64,000 bases of DNA, taken from positions 1 to 64,000 of the forward strand of contig JBDROZ010000041.1 in the NCBI GenBank assembly GCA_043809585.1, read 5' to 3'. Shown here one piece after another: positions 1 through 9,710 of this stretch; the first letter of the stretch is position 1; each line of letters opens with the position of its first letter. The stretch is from Candidatus Eiseniibacteriota bacterium (lineage in GTDB: Bacteria; Orphanbacterota; Orphanbacteria; Orphanbacterales; Orphanbacteraceae). Under the pieces are notes generated by a model. That model made no database searches and was not told the origin of the DNA. It saw only the letters and a program-made list of their open reading frames with translations. The position numbers and the translations under genes were made by a program.

Positions 1-736
1 CCTCGTGCCCCACCGCCGAGAGGACGGGGATTCCGGAGCGGGCGATCGCCCGGGCGAGGACCTCCTCGTTGAACGCCCAGAGATCCTCGAGAGAGCCGCC
101 CCCCCGGCCGACGCCGAGAAGATCGACGCCCCCCCGCTCGGTCAGCCGGTCGAGTGCCCCGGCGATCTCCGCCGCCGCCCCTTCCCCCTGCACCTTCACC
201 GGAACGAGAAGGAGCTCCACGGGGAAGCGGGTGCGGAGCACGCGGATCACGTCGTGGATCGCCGCCCCCGTGGGGGATGTGATCACGGCGACGCGCCGCG
301 GGAAGCGGGGGAGACGCTTCTTCTTCTCCTCGTCGAAGAGCCCCTCGGCCCGTAGTTTTTCGACGAGCTGCCGGAAGGCGAGTTCCAGATCTCCCGTCCC
401 CACCGGGACCATGCGGCGCACCAGGATCTGGTACTGGCCGCTCCGCTCGTAGACGGTGATCTCGCCCCGCACCCGGACCTTCATCCCGTCCTCGGGACGG
501 AACCGGAGCAGCCGGTTGTCCCCCTTGAAGAAGACCGACCGGAGCTGGGAGCGCTCGTCCTTCAGGGAGAAGTACCTGTGGCCCGACGAGTGATGGACGA
601 AATTCGAGATCTCCGCCTCCACCCAGACCGCGGGAAAAGCGCTCTCGAGGGCCCGCTTTACCGCCGCCGTGATCTCGGCGACGGACCAGACCTTCTCCTC
701 CGGTGCGGGGGCGTCGGGGACGAGGGGGGAGCCCAT
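1..736 (-). CDS. xseA: Exodeoxyribonuclease VII large subunit (3' end runs off window)
   Basis: Manual translation, absent from ORF track: VWVEAEISNF..SGHRYFSLKD..VITSPTGAAIHD..GRGGGSLEDLWAFNEE..SAVGHE. ATG overlaps the folD stop (TGATG). Confidence 0.95.
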   Translation of the reverse strand, partial: MGSPLVPDAPAPEEKVWSVAEITAAVKRALESAFPAVWVEAEISNFVHHSSGHRYFSLKDERSQLRSVFFKGDNRLLRFRPEDGMKVRVRGEITVYERSGQYQILVRRMVPVGTGDLELAFRQLVEKLRAEGLFDEEKKKRLPRFPRRVAVITSPTGAAIHDVIRVLRTRFPVELLLVPVKVQGEGAAAEIAGALDRLTERGGVDLLGVGRGGGSLEDLWAFNEEVLARAIARSGIPVLSAVGHE

Positions 737-1629
737 CAGACCGACCCGCCCGCGGCGGCCCGGGCCGTGGCCCGGAGGAGCACCGCCGTCGTGACGGGGC
801 CGACGCCCCCCGGCACGGGGGTGATGCGCGAGGCAGCCGCCTCCGCCGAGACGAAGTCCACGTCCCCCGTGAGGCGCCACCCCTTCTTCGCCGACGGGTC
901 GGGCACGGCATGCGTGCCGACGTCGATCACCACCGCGCCCGGCCGGAGCCAGTCCCCCTTTACGAACTCCGGCTTCCCGACGGCGACCACCAGGATCTCC
1001 GCCTGCCGGGCGATGGCGTCGAGGTCCTTGCTCCGGGAGTGGCAAACCGTCACCGTCGCGTCCCCCCCCGCTCCCTTGCGGAGGAGCAGCGTCGCGAGGG
1101 GCGCGCCGACGACGCGGCTCCTCCCGAGAATCACCACCCGCCGGCCGGCGGTCGGGATCGACTCGGCCTGCAGGAGCTCGATCACGGCGAGGGCCGTGCA
1201 CGGGACGAACCGGGGGCGGCCGAGGGCGAGGAGGCCGAGGTTCCACGGGTGCATCCCTTCCACGTCCTTCCGGGGATCGACGAGAGAGAAGATCGACTCC
1301 TCCGACACGCCCGGCGGCAGGGGGAGCCTGAGGAGGATGCCGTGCACCGTCCGGTCCTCGGAGAGCCGGACCACCGCCTTCGCGAGGCCCCGCTCGACCT
1401 CTTTCATCGGCACCGTCTCCAGGTCGGCCCGGATGCCGACCCTCGCGCATGCCTTCTCCCGGGACCGCATGTAGGAAGCGAAGGAGGGATCGTCGTCTTC
1501 CACCGCCACCGAGACGAGCCGGGGCGACGTCCCCCGCTCCTTCAACCGCTCCACTTCGGCGGCGACGCCCTGCTCGATCCTGGCCGCCGCCCCCTTCCCG
1601 TCGATTCTCTTTTCAGTCTCCATTCCCAT
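736..1629 (-). CDS. folD: Bifunctional methylenetetrahydrofolate dehydrogenase/cyclohydrolase
   Basis: KDVEGMHP, PCTA, GRSRVVG, VIDVG, ITPVPGGVGP motifs. Start chosen at the ATG after a GGAG. Confidence 0.95.
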   Translation of the reverse strand: MGMETEKRIDGKGAAARIEQGVAAEVERLKERGTSPRLVSVAVEDDDPSFASYMRSREKACARVGIRADLETVPMKEVERGLAKAVVRLSEDRTVHGILLRLPLPPGVSEESIFSLVDPRKDVEGMHPWNLGLLALGRPRFVPCTALAVIELLQAESIPTAGRRVVILGRSRVVGAPLATLLLRKGAGGDATVTVCHSRSKDLDAIARQAEILVVAVGKPEFVKGDWLRPGAVVIDVGTHAVPDPSAKKGWRLTGDVDFVSAEAAASRITPVPGGVGPVTTAVLLRATARAAAGGSV

Positions 1630-3250
1630 TACGGTCACTCCCCGACCTTCCTTCCCCTTTTCGAACCCAGAAGATCAAGCGATACCCCCCCCCCGAAAGC
1701 AATCGATCCTCAACATACGACTGCCTGAGCCAGCAAAGCAACGGTGCGCCCTCCGGGCGACGCAGGTCGTTTTGCCGGGGCACGACGACGTCCGGCCCGA
1801 GCCGATCAAGGATTTCGACAAGGTGTGTGAAGATATCGCCTTCGCTCGTTGCCGAGAAGAACGAGTCGGTGGCGAAGTCCCAAGTAACAAAGGGGAGAGG
1901 GTCTATCCGGCGTCCGAGGAAAAGGTTTTCCCACTTCGCGAAGAAGACCGCTTCTCCATCGCCCAGCCTTGCAAAGAACCGGTCCGAGACTTCCCGCTGG
2001 TCCGCGAGAGTATATCGCGCCCCGAAAAGCGGGGGCCTATTGACACGGAGCTCCCCGGCCAGGAATGACGGTCTCGCGAGGGTGAGAAGTGCCGCCCCCA
2101 GGGCGGCCGAGAGGGTCCTCGTCGCCAGGCGGCGCCCGCGGGGGGAGAGCGCCCGACGACGAAGCCCGATCGCTTTTCGTGCCGAGTAGTAGAAGATGCA
2201 GACGGGAAGAGCGGCAAAGAGGCCGAGCGCCCCGAGGAGGAAGTACGCATCACCATGAAACTGGAAATCGAGGAGGCTGAACCCCACGACACCGTAAAGC
2301 CAGACAGTAAGACTCGTCGCCAGGGGAAACGTCCGGTCCCCTCTCCGGGAAAGGAGGGTGAATGGAAGGAGAAGCATGCCCGCGACGGAAAGAACGAGCG
2401 CCCACTCCCCGCCCTCGCCGTCGGCGAGTGTCGTCGGGAGGATCGCTTCGGTGAAGCGCTGCCAGATCCCGATCGCCTGCAGCGACTGAGACCCGCGGGA
2501 GATCGCGGAACCGACAACGGCCCGCCACGCCTCGTCGAGCGCCCCGTGCGCGCCGAAGTAAACGAGGAACGGTGCGGCGGCCATGATCATCCCGACCAGG
2601 AGCCGGCCCGTCGCTTTCCCTCGATCCGTTTCCGACGCGGCCAAACCGGCGAGCACCGCCACGAGCGAGAGGCCGGCGGCGATCTGCCAATCGGCGCCGG
2701 CCAAGGTGACGAAGACCCCCACGAGAATCCACCGTTGGTGATGCACCGCGAGGATCGCGGCGAGGGCAAAGACCATGGCAGCCAGCTTCGGTATGATTCC
2801 GATCGCCGGAAGAAGTCCGAGGAGAGAGAAACCGGACAGCACGATGAGGGCGATCCATCCGGCACCGGCCCGCCCTCGGAAGAGATGAAAGAACACCAGA
2901 AAGGATAGCGTCATCATGATCGCCGCGAGGAGGAGGAAGCCGATGCGAATCACGAGGAGTGGTTCCACGCCGACCGATTCCCCGGTCCGGTAGAGGAAGG
3001 CCCCGAGGAGCGTCGAGAAGGGTGTCTTGTAGTCAAAGTAGTCCCGGTAGAGGACGTCACCCGAAGCGGCGCGAAATGCGTGATAAAGGTAGATTCCGAC
3101 GTCGCTGAGGATCGGTTGTCGTCGGATATCGAAAGAGGCGATGTGGATTAGGGAAGCGAGCAGGGCGAGGACGCCCCACCGTCGGGGCCTCAGGGAACCG
3201 CGGAAAGAACGTCCCGTGGCGAGTCCCCGACTCCGCATATTGATTGCCAT
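1613..3250 (-). CDS. Multi-pass membrane protein, probable GT-C (ArnT/PMT-like) glycosyltransferase
   Basis: Many hydrophobic segments; first loop SD..Y.Y.A....G..LYRDYFDYKTP resembles GT-C proteins. Confidence 0.6.
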   Translation of the reverse strand: MAINMRSRGLATGRSFRGSLRPRRWGVLALLASLIHIASFDIRRQPILSDVGIYLYHAFRAASGDVLYRDYFDYKTPFSTLLGAFLYRTGESVGVEPLLVIRIGFLLLAAIMMTLSFLVFFHLFRGRAGAGWIALIVLSGFSLLGLLPAIGIIPKLAAMVFALAAILAVHHQRWILVGVFVTLAGADWQIAAGLSLVAVLAGLAASETDRGKATGRLLVGMIMAAAPFLVYFGAHGALDEAWRAVVGSAISRGSQSLQAIGIWQRFTEAILPTTLADGEGGEWALVLSVAGMLLLPFTLLSRRGDRTFPLATSLTVWLYGVVGFSLLDFQFHGDAYFLLGALGLFAALPVCIFYYSARKAIGLRRRALSPRGRRLATRTLSAALGAALLTLARPSFLAGELRVNRPPLFGARYTLADQREVSDRFFARLGDGEAVFFAKWENLFLGRRIDPLPFVTWDFATDSFFSATSEGDIFTHLVEILDRLGPDVVVPRQNDLRRPEGAPLLCWLRQSYVEDRLLSGGGYRLIFWVRKGEGRSGSDRNGNGD

Positions 3251-3272
3251 CCGTTCAGTCCCCCCCCCGCCG

Positions 3273-4097
3273 TCACCGGGAAGAAAGGGGCAGGTGAACG
3301 CGTTCGATGCGGACCGCCTTCCCCCGGGCGGCCTCCACGTCGACCACCACGCCGGAGAGCCTCGGGTCCCCTTCGGCCGGCTCGAAGCGGATCGGCGTCT
3401 GCGCGAGATAACGGTGAAGAACCAGTTCGGTCCTCACGCCGATGATCCCGTCGTGGGGTCCGGTCATGCCGGCGTCGGTGATGTACGCGGTGCCCGCGGG
3501 CAGGATCCGCTCGTCCGCGGTCTGCACGTGGGTGTGGGTGCCGACCACCGCGCTCACCCGGCCGTCGAGGTGACGGCCGAGGGCGGTCTTCTCCGAAGTG
3601 GCTTCGGCGTGGAAATCGACGAAGATCACGGGTGTCTCTTTGCGGACCTCGTGCACGATCCGGTCCGCCTTGCGGAACGGGCACTCCACGGGGGTCATGA
3701 AGACCCGGCCGATCAGATTGATCACCGCCACCTTCACGCCCCGCCGGCTCTCGAAGACGCCGTGGCCCCGGCCCGGCGCCCCGTCCGGGTAGTTCGCCGG
3801 CCGAAGGACCCGCGCCTCGGCATCGAGGTAGGGGATCGCCTCCTTCCGGTTCCAGGTGTGGTTGCCGCCCGTCAGGACATCCACGCCCGATCGGAGCAGC
3901 CCCTCCGCGAGGGAGGGCGTGAACCCGAACCCGCCTGCCACGTTCTCGGCATTGGCGATCACCAGGTCGGGCATGAGCCGGCCCTGGAGGTCCGGAAGCG
4001 CCTCGTGGATGGCCCGGCGCCCGGCGGCGCCGAACACGTCCGCGAGAAAGAGGATCCGCACCGTACCGTCCCCGGCGGGCCGCGCCATCTCGTTCAC
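3273..4097 (-). CDS. ymdB: YmdB-family (TIGR00282-like) metallophosphoesterase
   Basis: NAEN, TGGNH, DFHAEATSEK, GTHTHV motifs; directly downstream of rny. Confidence 0.93.
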   Translation of the reverse strand: MNEMARPAGDGTVRILFLADVFGAAGRRAIHEALPDLQGRLMPDLVIANAENVAGGFGFTPSLAEGLLRSGVDVLTGGNHTWNRKEAIPYLDAEARVLRPANYPDGAPGRGHGVFESRRGVKVAVINLIGRVFMTPVECPFRKADRIVHEVRKETPVIFVDFHAEATSEKTALGRHLDGRVSAVVGTHTHVQTADERILPAGTAYITDAGMTGPHDGIIGVRTELVLHRYLAQTPIRFEPAEGDPRLSGVVVDVEAARGKAVRIERVHLPLSSR

Positions 4098-4118
4098 CGG
4101 TCTTCCCCCGAGGGTCCG

Positions 4119-5681
4119 CTACCGGGCGTACTCCACCGTGCGCGTCTCCCGGATCACCACGACCTTGATCTGGCCCGGGTACTCCAGTTCCTTTTCCACC
4201 TTTCGGGCGATGCTCGTGGAGAGGTTCGCGGACTCCTCGTCGCTCACGATGCCGCTCTCCACCATGATGCGGATCTCCCGGCCCGCCTGGATCGCGTAGC
4301 ACTTGTCGACGCCCTTGAACGAGTTCGCGATCGCCTCGAGCTTCTCGAGGCGCTGCACGTACGTCTCCAGCGTCTCCCCCCGGGCGCCGGGCCGGGCGCC
4401 GGAGATGGCGTCGGCCGCCTGAACGAGCGGGGCGTAGAGGGAGATCGCCTCCACGTCCTCGTGGTGGGCGCGGATCGCGTTCACCACCTGGGCCGGCTCG
4501 CCGCACCGTTCCGCCACGTCGCCGCCGATGAGGGAGTGGATCCCCTCGGTCTCGTGGGTGAGGGCCTTGCCGATGTCGTGGAGGAGACCGGAACGCTTCG
4601 CGACCTGGGCGTCGATCCGGAGCTCCGAGGCCATCAGCCCGCAGAGCCAGCCGACTTCCTTCGCGTGCTGGAGCACGTTCTGGCCGTAGGAGGTCCGGTA
4701 GTGGAGGCGGCCGAGCAGCCGGACGAGCTCCTCGTGAAGCCCGACGATCCCCATCTCGAGGGTCGTCTGCTCCCCGATCTCCACGATCCTCTCCTCCATC
4801 TCCTTCTGCTCCTTGAGGACCACCTCCTCGATCCGGCCGGGGTGGATCCGGCCGTCCGAGATGAGCCGCTCGAGGCTCGCCCGCGCCACTTCCCGGCGAA
4901 TCGGATCGAAGCCGGAGAGGACCACCGCCCCGGGCGTGTCGTCGATGATGACGTCCACGCCCGTCGCCTGCTCGAAGGAGCGGATGTTCCGCCCCTCCCG
5001 CCCGATGATCCGACCCTTCATTTCGTCGTTCGGGAGGGTGACGACGGAGACGGTGTTCTCCACGGAGTGGTCGGCGGCGCACCGCTGGATCGCCTGGGTG
5101 ACGATCTTCTTCGCCTCCTTCTCGGCGGTCCGCTTCGCCTCGTCCCGGATCTGGCGGAGGGTCCCTGCCGCTTCGTGGCGCGCCTCCTCCTCCAAGTTCT
5201 GCATGAGGATCTGCCGCGCCTCCGCCGCCGACATGGCGGCGATCCGCTCGAGCTGCCGGTTTTCGCGCTCGACCAGGTTCTTCAGCTCGTCCTGCTGTTT
5301 GCGAACGATCTCCTCGCCCCGCTGGAGCTCCTGCTCCCGGCGTTTCGAATCCGATTCCTTTTTGTCGAGCAGATCCACTCGCCGATTCAGACCGGATTCC
5401 TTCTCGTTGAAACGCTTCTCGAGCTTGGCCAGCTCCTTCCGCCGCGCGTCCGTCTCCTGCTCGAACTTCTCCTTCGCCTTATACCATTCCTCTTTCGCTT
5501 CGAGGATCGCTTCTTTCTTCCGTGTTTCGGATTCCTTCTTCGCCTCGTCGATGATGCGCGCGGCGATGCTGCTCGCCGACCCGACGCGCCGGCTGCCGAC
5601 CCGCCACTGTACGAACCAGGCGATCGCGAAGAGGAGAGCGCCGAAAACAACGGCCATGAGGATCGTCGTGGGCGTGAACAT
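4119..5681 (-). CDS. rny: Ribonuclease Y
   Basis: N-terminal TM, coiled coil, KH domain ([13 protein letters not shown]), HD domain (LLHDIGK). Confidence 0.97.
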   Translation of the reverse strand: MFTPTTILMAVVFGALLFAIAWFVQWRVGSRRVGSASSIAARIIDEAKKESETRKKEAILEAKEEWYKAKEKFEQETDARRKELAKLEKRFNEKESGLNRRVDLLDKKESDSKRREQELQRGEEIVRKQQDELKNLVERENRQLERIAAMSAAEARQILMQNLEEEARHEAAGTLRQIRDEAKRTAEKEAKKIVTQAIQRCAADHSVENTVSVVTLPNDEMKGRIIGREGRNIRSFEQATGVDVIIDDTPGAVVLSGFDPIRREVARASLERLISDGRIHPGRIEEVVLKEQKEMEERIVEIGEQTTLEMGIVGLHEELVRLLGRLHYRTSYGQNVLQHAKEVGWLCGLMASELRIDAQVAKRSGLLHDIGKALTHETEGIHSLIGGDVAERCGEPAQVVNAIRAHHEDVEAISLYAPLVQAADAISGARPGARGETLETYVQRLEKLEAIANSFKGVDKCYAIQAGREIRIMVESGIVSDEESANLSTSIARKVEKELEYPGQIKVVVIRETRTVEYAR

Positions 5682-5863
5682 CCCTGTTCCTCCCGGGGAA
5701 AGTCTATGTCAACGCGCCGGGGACGCGGCAGCCCGCCGCCCCCGCTCCCAAGAAAAAACCCCACCGGCGGCGATCCCCCTCGAGTGAGGAGAACCGCTCC
5801 GCGGGCAGGGCTCCCGGCCGCACCGTGATTTCAGCGCCCCCCGATCACGGGGGGATTCGGGAC

Positions 5864-6211
5864 TCAGCCGCTCGTTCCGCCCTCCAGGACCCGGTCCAGC
5901 TCCGCCGCCCTCTCGTCCACCTGCTGCTGCCACCGCTCGCGGCGCAGCCGCTCCTTGTGAAGCTCGTCGGCGATGTTCATCGCCGCGAGGATCGCGATCT
6001 TGGTCGACGAGGAGATGGTGCTGCGCTCCTGGAGCTCGCGCATCTTCCGGTCCACGTATCGAGCGATCCGCTCGATGTAATCCGGATCTTCGGCCGCCTT
6101 GATATTGTAGTCGTTGCCGAAGATCGTGACTTTGGCGCTTTTAGCCTGAGGATCCAACGGGTCCTCCGCGAACGAACGATCGGATTCCGATGTCCGGCTG
6201 ATCTCACTCAT
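5864..6211 (-). CDS. zapA: Cell division protein ZapA
   Basis: VTIFGNDY..IARYVDRKM..AILAAMNIADEL pattern; upstream of rny. Confidence 0.9.
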   Translation of the reverse strand: MSEISRTSESDRSFAEDPLDPQAKSAKVTIFGNDYNIKAAEDPDYIERIARYVDRKMRELQERSTISSSTKIAILAAMNIADELHKERLRRERWQQQVDERAAELDRVLEGGTSG

Positions 6212-6278
6212 GTGCCTGAAGCCCGCGCCCGTCGACCGGGCACTTTCGAGATTTATGACAAATGGAACAAGCCCGGAG

Positions 6279-6554
6279 CTACGACTCGATGGATCGGATC
6301 CTCTCGAGCATGCGGCCCACCTGCCGGCGAACCTGCTCCTGGCTTTTCCGGTACTGCTCGTTCTCGGTTTCGAGAAGGGTGAGCCGCTCCCCCGATTCCC
6401 GGAGGGAGGAGAGTTCCCCCTGCAGGGCCCGAACCTTCTCCTCGTACCTCGACCGGTCGTCCTCGAACCGCGAGCGCTCCTCTTCGAGACGGAGGAATCG
6501 CTGCTGAATCGAAGCGATCCGCTCGTCGAGCTGGCGGAAGTTCAAGTCTTCCAT
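6279..6554 (-). CDS. Short coiled-coil protein, ZapB-like
   Basis: MEDLNFRQLDERI..RMLERIRSIES heptad pattern; AAGGAG upstream; precedes zapA. Confidence 0.65.
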   Translation of the reverse strand: MEDLNFRQLDERIASIQQRFLRLEEERSRFEDDRSRYEEKVRALQGELSSLRESGERLTLLETENEQYRKSQEQVRRQVGRMLERIRSIES

Positions 6555-6652
6555 GAGGCCCCGCTCCTTATTCACTATAAAAATAGCACATCCGAGGATC
6601 CAGTCCAGCGAAAAACGTCCCCGCACCCGGGCGGGCCCGTTTCGCGACGGAC

Positions 6653-7030
6653 TTAAGCCTCGGCCGGGGTCTCCGCGGCCGCCTCGCCCTTCGCCACCCG
6701 GACGAGTTCCGAGAAGGTCGCGTCGTCCCGGGCGGCCAGGTCGGCGAGGACTTTCCGGTTCAGCTCCACGCCCGCCTCCTTCAGGCCGTGCATGAAACAG
6801 CTGTAGGATATTCCGTGCTTCCGGGCCGCCGCGCCGATCCGGACGATCCAGAGGGCGCGGAACTGCGCCTTCTTGTCCTTCCGCCCCTCGTACGCGTGCT
6901 GGAGTCCCTTGATGGTCGCTATGAGGGCCGTCCCGTATAGCTTCCCCCGGCCGGCCCGATAGCCCTTGGCCCGCTTCAATACCTTGCGGTGGCGCTTCGC
7001 CCCCGGAGGTCCGCTCTTCGCTCTCGGCAT
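6653..7030 (-). CDS. rplT: 50S ribosomal protein L20
   Basis: KVLKRAKGY, FRALWIVRI.AAAR, LNRKVLADLA. Confidence 0.96.
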   Translation of the reverse strand: MPRAKSGPPGAKRHRKVLKRAKGYRAGRGKLYGTALIATIKGLQHAYEGRKDKKAQFRALWIVRIGAAARKHGISYSCFMHGLKEAGVELNRKVLADLAARDDATFSELVRVAKGEAAAETPAEA

Positions 7031-7068
7031 GGCTTCGTCTCCTCAAGAAGGGCGCCGCGCGCCCCGAT

Positions 7069-7665
7069 CTATGTGCGCTCCGTCCCGGCCCCCTCGCCCT
7101 CCGCGGGCTCCGGAGCCTCCTTCAATTTCGGCTCGCTCGTCTTTATCCGCGCCTTCGGTGAAAGGACCAGCGACATGGTCCGGCCTTCCATCTTCGGCGG
7201 CACCTCGAGCAATGCGCCCTCTCCGACGTCCGCGACGAACCGGTCGAGAATCCGGCGGCCGATGTCGATGTGCGCCATCTCGCGGCCCCGGAACATGATC
7301 GTCACTTTGACCTTGTCCCGGCCTTCCAAGAACCGGAGGGCGTTGCGCAGCTTGAACTGATAGTCGTGCTCCTCGATCTTCGGCCGGAGCTTGACCTCCT
7401 TCAGATGGGTGACGTGCTGCTTCTGCTTCGCCTTCTGGGCTCTTTTGGACTGCTGGTACTTGTACTTCCCGTAGTCCATGATCCGGCAGACGGGAGGCTT
7501 CGCGTTCGAGGCGACCTCCACGAGGTCGAGCCCCTTCTCCTCCGCCATGGCCAGCGCCTGCTCGGTGGAAATGACTCCGATCTGTTCCCCATCATCTCCG
7601 ACGACCCGCACCTGGGGTACCCGGATCCTGCGGTTCACACGTACTTCGTCCGTCGTGCGTTTGAT
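7069..7665 (-). CDS. infC: Translation initiation factor IF-3 (probable ATC start)
   Basis: LDLVEV, PPVCRIMDYGKYKY, KVKVTIMFRGRE. In-frame ATC at 7665 follows GGAGGTGA. Confidence 0.95.
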   Translation of the reverse strand: MKRTTDEVRVNRRIRVPQVRVVGDDGEQIGVISTEQALAMAEEKGLDLVEVASNAKPPVCRIMDYGKYKYQQSKRAQKAKQKQHVTHLKEVKLRPKIEEHDYQFKLRNALRFLEGRDKVKVTIMFRGREMAHIDIGRRILDRFVADVGEGALLEVPPKMEGRTMSLVLSPKARIKTSEPKLKEAPEPAEGEGAGTERT

Positions 7666-7669
7666 CGCC

Positions 7670-9451
7670 TCACCTCCCCGGGGGAAGACCCGTCTCGCGA
7701 CGGTCGATCTCTCCCCGAATGCGTTCCAAAAACTCGCTCACGGAAAACACGCCCTGCTCCCCCTCCGACCGGTGCCGCACGGAAACCGCGCCCGCCTCGG
7801 CCTCGCGCCCCCCCGTGACCAGCAGATAGGGGACGCGCTCCTCCCGTCCCTTCCGGATCTTGTTTCCCAGCTTCTCGTTCGCGTCGTCTACCGTCGCCCG
7901 GACGCCTCCGGCCCGGAGCTCTTCCTCCACGGCGCGGGCGAAGTCGTTCTGCCCGTCCGTGACCGGCAGGATCCTCGCCTGCTCCGGCGCGAGCCAGACG
8001 GGGAACGCTCCGGCGTAATGCTCCACGAGGCAGGCGAAGAACCGCTCGAAGCTCCCGAGGAGCGCCCGGTGGATCATGATCGGCCGGTGGTCCTTTCCGT
8101 CCGATCCCCGGTAGGACATGTCGAACCGCTCGGGCAGGTTGAAGTCGACCTGGATGGTCGAACACTGCCAGGAGCGGCCGAGACTGTCCCGGATCTTGAC
8201 GTCGATCTTCGGTCCGTAGAAGACCCCTTCGCCGGGGTCCTCGTCGTAGTCCAATCCGGACCGCTCGAGCGCCTCCCGGAGGGCGCCGGTCGCCTTCTCC
8301 CAGTCGTCGTCGCCCCCCACGGACTTCTCCGGCCGCGTGGAGAGGTAGACATCGAACTCGTCGAACCCGAAGGTCCGGAGCATGTGGAGCGTGAAGCCGA
8401 GCACCCTCTCGATCTCCGCCTCCAGCGTCTCGGGCGTGCAGAAGAGGTGGGCGTCGTCCTGGGTGAACCCGCGCACCCGCTTCAGGCCGTGAAGCTCGCC
8501 CGACTGCTCGTACCGGTAAACCGTGCCGAGCTCCGCCCACCGGAGCGGCAGATCCCGGTAGCTCCGAAGCCGGCTCCCGTACACGTGAATGTGGAACGGG
8601 CAGTTCATGGGCTTCACGATGTAGTTCGTCCCGTCGATGTCCATGGGCGAATACATCCGGTCTTTGTAGAAGTCCATGTGGCCCGACGTCTCCCACAAGT
8701 GCTGCTTCGCCAGGTGGGGCGTGTAGAGCACGTCGTACCCGTTCTTGAAATGCTCGTCGTACCAGAACCGCTCGATCTCGTTCCGGATCCGTGCCCCTTT
8801 CACGTGCCAGAAGATGAGCCCCGGTCCGTACCGCTCGTCCACGGAGAAGAGGTCGAGCTCCTTTCCGAGCCGCCGGTGGTCCCGCTTCTCCGCCTCCTCG
8901 AGCTTCCCGAGATACGCCTCGAGTTCCTCGTCGCCGGCGAAGGCGACGCCGTAGATCCGCTGGAGCATCTTGTTCCGCTCGTCCCCCCGCCAGTAGGCGC
9001 CCGCCACGGAGAGAAGCCGGAAGGAACGGATCTCCCCGGTCGAACCGAGGTGGGGCCCCCGGCAGAGATCGACGAAGTCCCCGTGCGCATAGAGGGAGAT
9101 CGTCTCCCCTTCCGGGATCTCCTTCAGGAGCTCGACTTTGTAGTCCTGCCCCTTCTCCCGGAAGAGGTCGATCGCCTCCTCCCGGGTGACCTCCCGCCGC
9201 AGGTAGGGCAGGTTTTCGGCGATCATCTCCCGCATCGTCTCTTCGACGCGCGGGAAATCCTCGGGGGTGAGGGTGCGTTCCATGTCGAGGTCGTAATAGA
9301 AGCCGACACCGCCGAACTTCTCCCCCTCCCGGGTGGGCGGCCCGATGGCGAACTTCACGCCCGGGTAGATCCTCTCGATCGCCGAGGCCATCAAGTGGGA
9401 CGTGGAGTGCCGGTAGGTTTCGTACGACCGGTCGTTCTTTTTCACCGACAA
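7670..9451 (-). CDS. thrS: Threonine--tRNA ligase (no N-terminal TGS domain)
   Basis: HSTSHLM, DLCRGPH, KPMNCP, RVRGFTQDDAH, IHRALLGSFERF. Confidence 0.97.
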   Translation of the reverse strand: MSVKKNDRSYETYRHSTSHLMASAIERIYPGVKFAIGPPTREGEKFGGVGFYYDLDMERTLTPEDFPRVEETMREMIAENLPYLRREVTREEAIDLFREKGQDYKVELLKEIPEGETISLYAHGDFVDLCRGPHLGSTGEIRSFRLLSVAGAYWRGDERNKMLQRIYGVAFAGDEELEAYLGKLEEAEKRDHRRLGKELDLFSVDERYGPGLIFWHVKGARIRNEIERFWYDEHFKNGYDVLYTPHLAKQHLWETSGHMDFYKDRMYSPMDIDGTNYIVKPMNCPFHIHVYGSRLRSYRDLPLRWAELGTVYRYEQSGELHGLKRVRGFTQDDAHLFCTPETLEAEIERVLGFTLHMLRTFGFDEFDVYLSTRPEKSVGGDDDWEKATGALREALERSGLDYDEDPGEGVFYGPKIDVKIRDSLGRSWQCSTIQVDFNLPERFDMSYRGSDGKDHRPIMIHRALLGSFERFFACLVEHYAGAFPVWLAPEQARILPVTDGQNDFARAVEEELRAGGVRATVDDANEKLGNKIRKGREERVPYLLVTGGREAEAGAVSVRHRSEGEQGVFSVSEFLERIRGEIDRRETGLPPGR

Positions 9452-9509
9452 GCGAACGTCTCCACTAGTGTTCCGGGAATCCTCTCCCGGATACGCTCCG
9501 AACCAACGG

Positions 9510-9542
9510 AAAAGAAGAGGCGCGGCTCGGCGCCGGCCCCTC
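9510..9542 (-). terminator. Possible intrinsic terminator or processing hairpin after tRNA-Val
   Basis: Imperfect GC stem (GAGG..CGGC/GCCG..CCTC) followed by TTCTTTT on the minus strand. Confidence 0.35.
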
Positions 9543-9563
9543 CCCCGCTCACAAAAAGAAGCA

Positions 9564-9640
9564 TGGTGGGCGATACTGGACTTGAACCAGTGACCTCTTG
9601 CATGTCAAGCAAGCACTCTAACCAACTGAGCTAATCGCCC
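9564..9640 (-). tRNA. tRNA-Val (GAC)
   Basis: GGGCGATTAGCTCAGTTGG..CTTGC-TTGACAT-GCAAG..GGTTCAAGTCC..ATCGCCCACCA cloverleaf with encoded CCA. Confidence 0.97.
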
Positions 9641-9671
9641 ATCACCTTGAGAGATACGCCTCATCAGGCTG

Positions 9672-9699
9672 ATTATAGGCGGCGGGCCCTTTCTGTCAA
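9672..9699 (-). promoter_or_regulatory. Sigma70 promoter for tRNA-Val/thrS
   Basis: Exact TTGACA-16 nt-TATAAT on the minus strand. Confidence 0.85.
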
Positions 9700-9710
9700 C
9701 CCCATTCAGT

